DNA of 64,000 nt from Promethearchaeota archaeon (GTDB lineage Archaea > Asgardarchaeota > Heimdallarchaeia > Hodarchaeales > Hodarchaeaceae), in the NCBI GenBank assembly GCA_048938105.1, contig JBHLMN010000002.1:192001-256000 (forward strand). The letters run 5' to 3'. Under the pieces are notes generated by a model. It worked only from the letters and a program-made list of their open reading frames with translations, was not told the origin of the DNA and made no database searches. The position numbers and the translations under genes were made by a program. How positions within the stretch are numbered: the stretch's first letter is position 1; each line of letters opens with the position of its first letter. Positions 9,853 to 21,000 of the stretch are shown here, piece after piece.

Positions 9853-10412
9853 ATGACTTTATATGAATTCGAAGGAAAACAGCCGAGAATTGCAAGAACT
9901 GCGTTTATTTTTCCATCGGCAGACATTAACTAGATAGTATCTGTTAACTGTAAATTATAGGAAAAGTAACTATAGGGGAAAATTGTTTCATTGGCCCCAA
10001 CGCTGTTCTACGCGGAGATTGGGGATACATTGAAATTGGAAACGGTTCCAATATACAGGATACCTGTGTTATTCACTCAATCCCAGACGAAGGGACTATT
10101 TTAGGTGAAGACTGTCATATTGGGCACGGTGCTGTTGTTCATCAAGCGGAATTAGGAAAACATGTATTAGTAGGTAAAAATGCTGTAATAATGAACCGAG
10201 CGAAGATTGGAGACGATTGTATAATCGGTAGCGGTTGTGTTGTCCCCCAAAACAAAATAGTTGAAGCTAATAGTCTTGTACTTGGTGTTCCAGGCAAAGT
10301 TATAGGAAAAGTTTCAGAAAATCAGAAGAATTATAGCTTAAACGCAACTAAACTTTATCAAACGTTACCTAAACGCTATCACGCAAGCTTAAAGCTCCTT
10401 AAAAATCATTGA
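9853..10412 (+). CDS. Gamma-carbonic anhydrase/PaaY/CaiE-family hexapeptide protein, 176 aa after joining exon 1 (9853-9924) and exon 2 (9954-10412)
   Basis: Exon 1 MTLYEFEGKQPRIARTAFIFPSAD plus exon 2 IIGKVTIGENCFIGPNAVLRGDWGYIEIGNGSNIQDTCVIH...IGHGAVVH. The three metal-ligand His residues are intact. The ORF track only caught 10191-10412. Confidence 0.88.
9925..9953 (+). other. Putative 29-nt archaeal BHB-type intron in an mRNA
   Basis: Central 4-bp helix GCAG(9919-22)/CUGU(9948-51), 3-nt bulges ACA(9923-25) and AAA(9952-54), a 9-bp intron stem and a long exon-exon stem. Cutting after bulge nucleotide 2 on both strands restores the frame. Confidence 0.78.
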
Positions 10413-10648
10413 TAAGGAGAAAAACTAAAATTGCGTTAACGGACGATAAACTGAAAATTATTAAGATAATTCATAAGCCATAACAAATCAAGAAGAAAAA
10501 AAAGAAAAATACCATATATAAAACTTAGTTCGTTTATAGCGCGTTAGAAAGACTTAATTTGTAAGTGCGTGCTAAATTATGGGGTTTGAAATTTATTCAG
10601 GAAGTGTCTCCTTTCTTGAAATTTATTTAGGAAGCGAAAATCAAGAGG

Positions 10649-12109
10649 TTGATAAGAATGATCACAAAAACGAAGATAGTTTGCACAATTGGCCCAGCAT
10701 CAGAGAAACCAGATGTTTTTAAGAAATTATTTGAAGCAGGAATGGACGTTTGTCGTCTTAATTTCAGTCATGGGTCTTATTCAGATCATCGAGCTCGTTT
10801 TGAACTTATTAAAGATATTAGTGACGATCTTGCGGTTTTAGTTGATTTGTGTGGACCAAAAATTCGAACTGGAGAAGTGAAAGAAGGAACTGTAATTAAA
10901 ACAGGACAAGAATTCAAGATTTCTGCAGACATCAATGTAGAAGGCAATTCAAAGATCTGTACAACTAATTATCCACCTCTTATAGAGGATGCACAGGTAG
11001 GACATCATCTGGCGATCGATGATGGGTTACTACTACTGAAAGTTACAAAAAAGACAAAAACTGAGCTAGTTTGCACAGTATTGAACGGTGGCCCTTTGAA
11101 ATCGAGAAAGGGAATTAATGCTCCAGATGTACCATTATCATTGTATTTCCCTCTAGAAAAGGACTTGCAAGATATCCGTTATGTTATACGAAAATTAGAT
11201 GTTGATTTCTTCGCAGCATCTTTTGTACGAAGAAAAGAAGACATTCTGAAAATAAGAGAAATATTAGATGAGGTACATTCCCCTATCGGTATTATTAGTA
11301 AAATTGAGCATCGTGATGCAATAGACAATTTTGATGAAATACTTGAAGTATCAGATGGAATTATGGTGGCTAGAGGGGATTTAGGGATAGAGATTCCTAC
11401 AGAACAGGTGCCTATTGTACAAAAGGATCTGATTTCTAAATGTAATCGCATTGGTAAGCCCGTTATTGTAGCCACTCAGATGTTAGAATCAATGATTAAC
11501 AATCCACGTCCAACACGAGCTGAAGCATCAGATGTAAGTAATGCAATTTTAGATGGCGCTGACGCGGTCATGTTATCTGGAGAAACTGCTGTAGGGAAAT
11601 TTCCAGTTGAAGCAGTTCAATATATGGAGCGAATAGCTAAAGCTGCAGAAGATCATGGATTTAGCCGTCCAATTGGTTATGGTATCAAACAGCCCTCTAT
11701 AACCGAAGTATTTGGACGGGGAGTCTATATAATAAGTAAGGAAGACCATTTGAATATCAAAGCTATTCTTACAAATACAAGAAGAGGTTCAACAGCAAGA
11801 CTTGTAGCAAAATATAGGCCAAAAACTCCTATCATAGCAGGCACTCCCTATCCATCAACCAAGCGTCAATTAAATCTTGTTTGGGGAGTATATCCAATAC
11901 AAGTTGAAGTAACGAATTCATCGAATAAACTAAAATACTTATTAGCCAAAGAAGCGCACGAGAGAGGCATCTTGAACCCTGAAGATCAGGTACTTATCAT
12001 TGGTGGCAGTCTCTTAGGTTTTCCAGCAGCAACAAACCTAATTCAAACGATGAAAGTGGACGATATTCTCCTTTTCGGACAACAACTCAGACAACCATTG
12101 ATGGGATAA
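10649..12109 (+). CDS. pyk: Pyruvate kinase
   Basis: TKIVCTIGPAS, RLNFSHG, GPKIRTG, MVARGDLG, ATQMLESM, PTRAEASDV, MLSGETA. Confidence 0.97.
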   Translation: MIRMITKTKIVCTIGPASEKPDVFKKLFEAGMDVCRLNFSHGSYSDHRARFELIKDISDDLAVLVDLCGPKIRTGEVKEGTVIKTGQEFKISADINVEGNSKICTTNYPPLIEDAQVGHHLAIDDGLLLLKVTKKTKTELVCTVLNGGPLKSRKGINAPDVPLSLYFPLEKDLQDIRYVIRKLDVDFFAASFVRRKEDILKIREILDEVHSPIGIISKIEHRDAIDNFDEILEVSDGIMVARGDLGIEIPTEQVPIVQKDLISKCNRIGKPVIVATQMLESMINNPRPTRAEASDVSNAILDGADAVMLSGETAVGKFPVEAVQYMERIAKAAEDHGFSRPIGYGIKQPSITEVFGRGVYIISKEDHLNIKAILTNTRRGSTARLVAKYRPKTPIIAGTPYPSTKRQLNLVWGVYPIQVEVTNSSNKLKYLLAKEAHERGILNPEDQVLIIGGSLLGFPAATNLIQTMKVDDILLFGQQLRQPLMG

Positions 12110-12131
12110 GCAAAAGGATCGGAAGATTCAA

Positions 12132-13358
12132 TTGAGTAAACGAAATATCATTCATGCTGCAAAAGAACTAAGGAATGTCGCTACTGAATACTACCAGAAA
12201 TTAGATTATGCAGCGAAAGATCCTTCAAAAAAAGTTGCTTGGTGTTCGAGTGTTGGGCCAGCAGAGCTCTTATTGGCCTTTGATTTTAGAGTCTATTATC
12301 CTGAAAACCATACAGCAATGCTTGGCGCTAGCCGAACTGCAAATGAGTACATACCTACTGCTGTCGCGCTGGGGTATTCACCAGAAATATGTTCATACCT
12401 CACAAGCGACATTGGTGCATTCCTAATGAAAAAGACGGCGTTAACTAAGGCATATGGCGTTGAAGAAGTCCCAAAACCAGACGTACTCGTATATAATACC
12501 AATCAATGTAGAGATATTCAAGAATGGTTTGCGTTTTATGCTCGTTATTATAAGGTACCGTTGTTAGGGATTCACTCTCCAAAAAATATTGAGGAAGTCG
12601 ATCAGAGCCAGTTTATTTACGTAAAAGAACAATTGAAACAAATGAGCGAATCACTTGAAAAAATATCGGGAAATAGCTTTGAAAAGAAGAAATTAGAAAC
12701 CTCAGTTAGACTATCGCTTGAAACATCTGTTTTATGGACAGAAATTCTAGAAACAGCGGCAAATATTCCGTCTCCTCTTACATTCTTCGATGGATGTATT
12801 CATATGCTTCCAGCTGTTGTCCTACGAGGTGAGCAAATATCCATCGATTATTATAAGCTATTATTACGAGAACTTGAAGAACGAGTTAGTAATAAAATTG
12901 CAGCAGTCGAAGACGAAAAATATCGATTATATTGGGAAGGAATGCCAATTTGGGGGAAGTTGAGAGCCTTATCAGAGCAATTCATGGAATTAAAAGCATG
13001 TGTTGTTGCTTCTACATATTGCAACAGCTGGATATTCAATGATTTCAATCCTCAAGAACCCTTTGCAAGTATGGCTAAAGCTTATACGTCCTTATTTATC
13101 AATCGATCAGAAGAAATCAAAGAAAGATATTTACATGAAATGGTTAAAAAATACCAAATCGATGGTGTAATTTTTCATAACGCTCGAACGTGTCCTCATA
13201 ACTCTAATACTAGTTATGGTTTACCAAAACGGATTGAAGAACAAACCAAGGTACCAAACTTAGTGATTGATGCAGATCTCAATGACTTAAATGTTTATAG
13301 CGAAGAACAGACGAAGACAAATATTGAAGCCTTCATTGAACAGTTAGCTGGTATATAA
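12132..13358 (+). CDS. 2-hydroxyacyl-CoA dehydratase subunit (HGD-D family)
   Basis: YPENH, YSPEICSY, NTNQC, IDGVIFHNARTC, IDADLND...TNIEAFIE. Confidence 0.88.
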   Translation: MSKRNIIHAAKELRNVATEYYQKLDYAAKDPSKKVAWCSSVGPAELLLAFDFRVYYPENHTAMLGASRTANEYIPTAVALGYSPEICSYLTSDIGAFLMKKTALTKAYGVEEVPKPDVLVYNTNQCRDIQEWFAFYARYYKVPLLGIHSPKNIEEVDQSQFIYVKEQLKQMSESLEKISGNSFEKKKLETSVRLSLETSVLWTEILETAANIPSPLTFFDGCIHMLPAVVLRGEQISIDYYKLLLRELEERVSNKIAAVEDEKYRLYWEGMPIWGKLRALSEQFMELKACVVASTYCNSWIFNDFNPQEPFASMAKAYTSLFINRSEEIKERYLHEMVKKYQIDGVIFHNARTCPHNSNTSYGLPKRIEEQTKVPNLVIDADLNDLNVYSEEQTKTNIEAFIEQLAGI

Positions 13359-13433
13359 CAGGGTAATTATCAATATGTAGGTATTAGCAATTATTGAATC
13401 TAATAAATTATGGTAATCTGGGAGATAAACTGC

Positions 13434-16400
13434 CTAAATATATTTTCGTTTAAACTTTCTTATTAGAACTAGAATTGATAATAATATCAACGCCTCAATT
13501 ATCCAATACCCAGATGCTGGTTTCTTAGTTTCTGTTGTAATTTCCTCACTTACAATTGAAATTTCTACTGTATCACTCGCAACATTGCCAGAAGTGTCAA
13601 AAATTTGAACTTCTATGATGAAGATACCCTCCGACCAGCCAGTTACTGTCAAACTTATCTCATGACTACTACTCGTCCATTCATCTGCTCTTATTTTTTC
13701 ACCATCTAATTTTATTATAATGCTTTCTGGATGCAGATCATAGATCTGCCAAGTTATCACAGCATTTGGATCACCTTTAGCAAATCCACAGTCAGCTATA
13801 TGCTGTATTATTGGTGTTGTAATATCAACTACTGTTACAACAGTTGAGCTGCTGTGAGAAAGTCCAAACTCATCATTTACAGTTAATATATAGCTGTAAG
13901 CTCCCAATTCTAATCCATCTATTGAAATTGTTACATTTCCCACATCATACGAACCACTTTCTAACAATGTATTGTTTCGATATATTGAATATATTGAGGG
14001 ATTAGCCTCTAAAATTTCCCAAGTAAGATAATTTCCTGTTGAACCCTCAGAATAAACGATATTTGGTGGTGATCTAATGTATGGAGGAGTAAAATCGGTC
14101 ACTTCTACTGGTACTGTATAATCATCAGTATTTCCAGTCTCATCACTGACAACCAACTTATAATTAACCGTACCTGGTGTATAAATATCAATCTGTACAA
14201 ATACAATTAGATAGTCATTTGTTAATGAACCAGTTTCTATTAATGTGTTATCTTGATAGAGATAATATGTATCTGGATAGGTCTCTGTGATAATAAATTC
14301 AAACCAATCTGCTGTGTATAGGGGTTCGTATTGAATTGCTTCTATTGGCCAGATATAAGGTGATAATATATCATTGATAGTAACATCAACAGATGATTCT
14401 GCGAAATTTCCGCTGAAATCAAAGAAAAACCCAGTAAAAGTATAAGTTCCTGGAGATAATCCCAAAATTGGCACATCAATTGTATTATTTCCTTGTAACC
14501 AACTCCCTTTATCTACTATTTCACCATCCTGATAGATTTCAAAATAACCAGGTTGAGGGTCGTTATCCTGAATTTCCCAAAATGGTGCTTGTAATTGTGA
14601 TATATTATGTTCATATAAACTGGAATCCTTAGCCATTCTGATAATATTGGGAATATCTAGATCATAGAGTGTAAGGATTGTATTAGTTTCAAGAGAATGG
14701 TTTGATAGGTCATAAACAATTATTGAGATGTTATTTTCACCAATTTTTAAATTTAAGTCATCCACATTGAACTGAATCAGCTCATTTGATGCCCAACTAC
14801 CTTCTTGTATAATGTCGGAATCCAACCACAGTTCATATCTATCGGGAAAAGCATCTGAAGAATTTATTGAAATAAATTCGCCCTGAGAATGAATCGCTGA
14901 AGATTGAAAGCCTTGATGTAATACTGGACTGGAAAGATCGTCAGGACTAACATTAACAATGATAGTTGAAGAAGCACTATTGGATCCCATATCTTGGACA
15001 AAAAGTGTGAAGTTATGGACTCCCACACCAAGTTTTTCAGGTTCGATAATACATTTGGTTCGGAAGGTTTCAGATTCATCAATTTCTTGTTCTATAAAGT
15101 ATTCTTTTAATGGAATTTTTGTTCCATTATGAAAAATACTAGCATTCAGTAAATATTCTTCCGAACAATTCCACGTGATTAGCTGTTGCTGTACATAATT
15201 CCTTGGCAGATTCAAAGTATCGATGAGTGGAGTGAGAGTAGGGTCACTAGTGTCTGGTGTTGTTATAGTCACCCATGCTTGTACACCTGAAATTTTTCCC
15301 GTAGTGTCATTGAAAGTAATGGTTACATTATAGAATCCTTCAGCTGTTATTAATGAGTTTGAACCCGTTACAGGAACCTGAATGGGTACCCCTTTGTACC
15401 ATTTATCTGAAAATTTCAGGCTTTCATTTATATAGATCTCATATGAATCATGAAAATCATCAAAAGCCACCCAAGAAGGTCCTAAACTCAATGGAGAGTA
15501 CGGATAAATCAATTCATCTGAGGAATAAAATGGTCTGACGTATTGAACACTTGGGGGGGTCTCATCGGGATCTAGGATAGTTAGAGTAACGTCCCCTACA
15601 TGGAACACTTCAGTACCACCACTTTCTTCAGATATTGCTTTAATCCGAAACATATATTCTCGAGGATCAACAATACTAGGATCAGGAATACTCAAGGTAA
15701 CGGTAATTATTTCGTAGTCTAAAGATTCCAGATGTGTAACTCTGTCTGGAAATGTTAAGTATCCATCCCAACCTTCTGAAACTAATGTGAAGTTATCTCT
15801 AGCATTGCCTGTATTATTCAGGATCATGGTGAAATTATAGGCGTAGTTAGCATGAAGTGTTTCTTCGATTGGTGTTATAGATGATTTCAGGTCATATACA
15901 GTTGTAAAATTTAAAAATAGGACATATTTCTGAATTATTGTAGGATCTCGTAAGCTCCTAGCTTGTATGTGTAAAGAATAAATTCCTGGAGATGGAAACA
16001 CATCGCCAAGTAAGAAATTAAATCCATATTGACCATTAAAATATTGACCTGAACCTGATGCATACGGGTCAAGAATGTAAACACTATCCCATGTCTTATT
16101 AATAGTATCAGTGTATAAAGTAGCATTTATGAAGAATGTATCGTTCATATTTCCTGCATTACTACCAAAATAATTGATGGGAATAAAATCTCCGTCTTGC
16201 ACAAGTATAACCTCAGAAAGATTATGATCGAGATTAAAGAACATGTCAGTGTATTCTGGAACTGTAACTGTAACTTCTTCTGTTGTTGAGGGATTTGGTA
16301 AATCTAAATACGTTTTCGCGTTGCTAGTTGCGGTAATAGTAAAATTTTGATCTCCTGGAGGCACCTCAAAATATTTAGGAGCTTGTACAATCAATGTAGC

Positions 16401-18068
16401 ATTAGTTGGTGTGGAACCAATTTCATATCTAGGATTTCTGCGCAGGAAGAAGGCAGAATAACCTTTAGGTAATCCAGAAATTTCCAGTTCGACAGTATCA
16501 GACCTTCCTCCATTTTGTAGCCTTATTTCATATATCTGATCATATTCATTAAGAGTTGTAAGAGTTCCCTGTCCTTGATCGGGAAATATGTTTGTAATAC
16601 TCATATTAAAGTCATAGGCATCACTAGATGTGTATGAAAAATCAGAAGTAGAGTAAGAAAATTGTGTTGGAATGTTTATACTACCTAAGCTCAATGGTAG
16701 AAGATCTATCTCAAATTCACCAAAAATGTCCTCTAGAGGGAGCTTAAATCCCTTAAATTCAAGATTTTTCAGACCGATAAAAAAGGTTGGTGTTAGAATC
16801 ACTTTACTAGCGTGATATTTCAATTTTGATACCACTAATTTTAGAAACAGTTCTTCTGTATCAGGAACTCTGAATTTCATTGATTTAGTTTCGCCAGTAG
16901 ACGTCCAAGCTGTTTCTTTAGTAAATTCAGTGTCACCAGTGGATGCTGTTAATTTTCCCTGAACTTTATCACCTTTAACTGTAAGACTGCCAAGACCAAT
17001 GCCTGCTCTTAAGAATTTAGCCATTTCTTTCATTATAATATTTTTTGATATATTTAACAGATTAATCTTGCCTGGGAGACTCATTGTAACGGTTTCTCCA
17101 GATAATGGAGTTTTGTAACTTTCATGTTCATTAATATCAACTCCTACTCCCTGACCATAAATTCCTACCCACTTCCAATCCAATTCGGGAACTGTTATTC
17201 TAAATTTTATCCCAAAGATTTTGACTGTTTTCCTTTTCCATCTAAGCACTGGAATGTTTATTTGTACTTCAAAACCAAATCCTATTTGAATAGTACATTG
17301 AAATTCATCATAACCAGATAGATTTATAGGATCTACTGTACACTTGAGATCGTATTGTGCACCTTTTATTACTTCTTTTGGATGTTCTATTGTCACGTTT
17401 ATTGGAAAGCTAAAATGAAATTTAACATTAAAAATCGCATACGCATAAAATCGAATTAGTCCAAGACTAATTATAATTTCCTTTCTAAAACCAGGTAATT
17501 CAAAGTTAAGACCAATATTAACCGTTTCAGAACGAGTATAAACACTTGGTACAAAATCTTCGGTTTTGGATCTAATTGGCACAATTATATCATTAGTTTC
17601 TGATAATTCTGCTTCTACCAGTTCCACACGAGGTTTTCCTGTAAATCTTGTTTCTTCAATTATTTCACGTCCATCTTCATATGTTTTTTTGCAAAATTCA
17701 TAATTTGAACCACTTTGTCTATACACTTCATTATTGCCTATCCATTTTCCATTAGAACTAGGATAGACTGCTGAATTAACCCAATCTTCAAAGTACGAAG
17801 ACTTGAAGGCGTCAGTTATGTTCGTTAAATCATCTGAAGGAAGGTGTAATGAAAAATTCTTAGGATTCCAGGTTTCTGATAAATAATTATAAGTATCATT
17901 AGAGATGTGTTCTTCATCAAAATATTCTTGGAGTATAGATTTTTCTTTTGAATAACTTTTTCTCACAGGATTTTCAATAATATTATTTGAAAAGGAAAGA
18001 AGGATTGTTAAAATTAAAATACAACCGAAAATTCTTGTTTTATAGTAGCAAATTTGATTAAATCTCAT
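13434..18068 (-). CDS. Giant cell-surface protein: signal peptide, beta-rich N-terminal region, tandem Ig-like repeats, C-terminal membrane anchor
   Basis: N-terminal hydrophobic signal; repeats of type D.TPP.I..P...Y.EG..G..L.W...G.Y.Y...V.D..G; C-terminal TM helix with a basic tail. Confidence 0.85.
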   Translation of the reverse strand: MRFNQICYYKTRIFGCILILTILLSFSNNIIENPVRKSYSKEKSILQEYFDEEHISNDTYNYLSETWNPKNFSLHLPSDDLTNITDAFKSSYFEDWVNSAVYPSSNGKWIGNNEVYRQSGSNYEFCKKTYEDGREIIEETRFTGKPRVELVEAELSETNDIIVPIRSKTEDFVPSVYTRSETVNIGLNFELPGFRKEIIISLGLIRFYAYAIFNVKFHFSFPINVTIEHPKEVIKGAQYDLKCTVDPINLSGYDEFQCTIQIGFGFEVQINIPVLRWKRKTVKIFGIKFRITVPELDWKWVGIYGQGVGVDINEHESYKTPLSGETVTMSLPGKINLLNISKNIIMKEMAKFLRAGIGLGSLTVKGDKVQGKLTASTGDTEFTKETAWTSTGETKSMKFRVPDTEELFLKLVVSKLKYHASKVILTPTFFIGLKNLEFKGFKLPLEDIFGEFEIDLLPLSLGSINIPTQFSYSTSDFSYTSSDAYDFNMSITNIFPDQGQGTLTTLNEYDQIYEIRLQNGGRSDTVELEISGLPKGYSAFFLRRNPRYEIGSTPTNATLIVQAPKYFEVPPGDQNFTITATSNAKTYLDLPNPSTTEEVTVTVPEYTDMFFNLDHNLSEVILVQDGDFIPINYFGSNAGNMNDTFFINATLYTDTINKTWDSVYILDPYASGSGQYFNGQYGFNFLLGDVFPSPGIYSLHIQARSLRDPTIIQKYVLFLNFTTVYDLKSSITPIEETLHANYAYNFTMILNNTGNARDNFTLVSEGWDGYLTFPDRVTHLESLDYEIITVTLSIPDPSIVDPREYMFRIKAISEESGGTEVFHVGDVTLTILDPDETPPSVQYVRPFYSSDELIYPYSPLSLGPSWVAFDDFHDSYEIYINESLKFSDKWYKGVPIQVPVTGSNSLITAEGFYNVTITFNDTTGKISGVQAWVTITTPDTSDPTLTPLIDTLNLPRNYVQQQLITWNCSEEYLLNASIFHNGTKIPLKEYFIEQEIDESETFRTKCIIEPEKLGVGVHNFTLFVQDMGSNSASSTIIVNVSPDDLSSPVLHQGFQSSAIHSQGEFISINSSDAFPDRYELWLDSDIIQEGSWASNELIQFNVDDLNLKIGENNISIIVYDLSNHSLETNTILTLYDLDIPNIIRMAKDSSLYEHNISQLQAPFWEIQDNDPQPGYFEIYQDGEIVDKGSWLQGNNTIDVPILGLSPGTYTFTGFFFDFSGNFAESSVDVTINDILSPYIWPIEAIQYEPLYTADWFEFIITETYPDTYYLYQDNTLIETGSLTNDYLIVFVQIDIYTPGTVNYKLVVSDETGNTDDYTVPVEVTDFTPPYIRSPPNIVYSEGSTGNYLTWEILEANPSIYSIYRNNTLLESGSYDVGNVTISIDGLELGAYSYILTVNDEFGLSHSSSTVVTVVDITTPIIQHIADCGFAKGDPNAVITWQIYDLHPESIIIKLDGEKIRADEWTSSSHEISLTVTGWSEGIFIIEVQIFDTSGNVASDTVEISIVSEEITTETKKPASGYWIIEALILLSILVLIRKFKRKYI

Positions 18069-21000
18069 TTTATAAACCTCCTTCTGGCTTTAGCAGTACG
18101 AATCACTGAAAAATAGACCAGTAACAAAATAACAACACTAAAAATATCAAACCCTGGAGAAGATCGGCTTTCAGTAATAGTGATCGTGATATCATCGAAG
18201 GCTAAGTTTCCAAATGTATCGTACACAATACATCGAAAATCATACGAACCTACTGTGAGGTTTGAGAAAATAAATGTGATTGATTGTCCATCCCAAATTT
18301 CATTAGCGATTTCTTCACCATTAATGATTAATATTATCACAAAATGGGAAGGATTAGGATCAGATGCTTCCCATATTATTTCTATATCCTCTCCTTCGGA
18401 AATTGAAACATCAGGTGGATTATCAATTGTGGGTGGTGTAATATCACCAATTACTGTCACAGTAACAGTTTTTGAAGCAGTATTTGCATAAAGATCCCAT
18501 GCAGTAAGGTTTACAGTGTATAATCCTACTGATAATTCATCAAGTGAGATATTAACTTGCTGATTTGGCTTTTTCCATTGAGTTTTCAAGATCTGATGGT
18601 TGTTTAGAAGAATTTTATAATAAGAGGGATGTTCATCATATAAATGAAACTGTAGGGAATTCCCAGTGGAACCCAAATTGAATTCTTGGTCTGGAGGTTG
18701 TGATATTTCAGGAGCAGTCATATCTAATTCGCTCATAGGGACAACCATTACTATAGCAATACTAGAAGCACTATTTCCTGATAAGTCCCACAATGTTAAA
18801 TTAAATAGCCAAATACCTACTGATAATGAATCAAAAGAGTACCGTATCAACCCTGATTCCCAGTAACTAGATTGGAAAATTACAGTTCCATTTTTAAGAA
18901 TCAAATAATACCCCGGGTGTTCATCACTTACTTCCCAAATGATTATGCCTCTAGCCCCCTCTCCAATATTTTGTTTCGCAGGTTGATTAACTATCGGTGA
19001 TTTTTCATCAGGTAATGGGGGAATTACTGTAAGAAGTACAATTGTTGAATTGTTGTTCCCTTTAAGATCCCAAACCGTTAAATTAATATACCAGAGGCCG
19101 ATAGTGAGACCATCCACACAAACAGTAATATTACCTCCATGCCAAGGAGCATACACTACTTCTTTATCGTTAAAAAGTATTTTATAGGCATAAGGATGAT
19201 CATCGTGACAGATCCATGTCAAATAATGTCCTTCAGTTCCTTCTTCATATTCTAAGAGTTCAGGAGTAACAATAAATGGTGGTTCAGAATCAGGTACTCG
19301 GGGGTACACTGTGATATTAACGATATCGAATATTGAGTTACCTGTCTCATCGAAGAGCGTACATTTGTATTCTGTTATTCCTACAGGAAGACCATCAAGA
19401 GAGATAATAATTTCATTCCCAAACCATGCTTGATCATATATTATCGTTTCATTTTGTGTAACAATGGCCCACCATGGAGATCGATTATCTGATCCTGACC
19501 ACATAATTGAATAACCAATACTTCCCTTCTCAAGAATAAGATCTTCTGGATGGGATATTGTAGGAGGGTCTACATCTGGAGTTGGAGGGTAAACGGTCAC
19601 CCATACTTCACTTGAAGCTGTTAAACCAGATCCATCCGTCACAACACAAGTGAAATTATGTAATCCAGGATCCAACCAATCTAACCAGATAAAAACGGTA
19701 TTTGTCCATTCTCCTTCTTTATATATAGTACCATTTCGATACACAGTATAACTGGAGGGATAAGCATCAGAACCAGTCCATAACAACGATTCCCCAGTAT
19801 CCCCATAAAATATTGATTGATTAGAGGGGGGATTTATCACAGGGGGAATAACATCAAGAACAGATACCTTTACTGAATCATTATCTTCATTCCAATCGAG
19901 ATCATAGACAAAACAATTGAAGGTATAAGTCCCCCATTTTAATCCATCAACATTAATTTCAATGGGATTGCCATCCCAGCCACCACCAACATAGAATTCA
20001 TTACCTAAGGTGACATTAAAATAGTTAGGATTATAATCACTGGCAATCCATATGATAGTATTGCCTGTAGAGGATTCTTCATAATCGACATCATTAGGAT
20101 TATCAATGATGGGAGAAGTTGTATCATTTACAGTTACTATGACGGTATCGCTAGAATGAGTATAAAAGTAATCATAGACATTACAAACATAGGTATAACT
20201 ACCCCGAGCTAATCCATTAATATCAATAAAAATCTCGGCACCGTCCCAAGTATCACCTACCACCAATTCTCCATTTCTCGTGATATTATAATAAGTTGGA
20301 GTGATATCAGAGGGAGACCAAGTGATATTATTGGCTGTTGAACCCTGTTCATAAGAAATATCATTCGGGTGGTCTATATTGGGGGGAGAAGTGTCAATTA
20401 ATAGAGAATTGGGGGAAGTAAATAATCCTAAATCTCCAGTAGAATCAATAGCTGCAATTCTCCAATACCATATACCATCACTCAAAGATATGGAAGGCAT
20501 ATAACTGGGTACACTGGTGGTTTCATTTATGAGGACAGGAGGGAGAAATGAAGAATCTGAATCTAATTGAAAAATATAATCTGTGGCATCTGCATAACTT
20601 TCCCACTCAAAAAAGGGTAAATTATAATTTATCGTTGTTTCATCCACAGGAGATAATGAAATGGGAGGATTAAATACAAATTTATAACTGAATGAAATTA
20701 AAGACATTGTTGGTCCTTTAAATGGATCAGATGTTGTAAAAATCGCTCTCCATCTAAGTTTAGAACCAAGATAAAGAAATGTATGAGGAATACCTACCGT
20801 TACTTCCTCCCAATGTGTACCAGCATCAGCAGAGAGGAAAAATGAAATAGAAGTACCAATGGGAATGATTGCTTCATCTCCCATAGGTTCGATAGTACAT
20901 TCTACAAAAGTTGCATTATCTGGAGAATAAATGGTGGTAGATTGACAAGTACCAGTAGGTAGGTATTGACGATGTTTATTTTTCTTAACTTCAATTATCT

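Noticed and set aside
9925-9957. The 29-nt insert as an IS footprint (ATTA direct repeats at 9925-28 and 9954-57) or a spliceosomal intron
   Set aside because: None of the five equivalent excision registers gives GT-AG ends. A footprint would not explain the 3-4-3 BHB geometry with frame-restoring cut sites. The footprint idea is disfavoured, not excluded.
10191-10412. 73-aa ORF as a stand-alone gene
   Set aside because: It is the C-terminal part of exon 2 of the interrupted gene starting at 9853.
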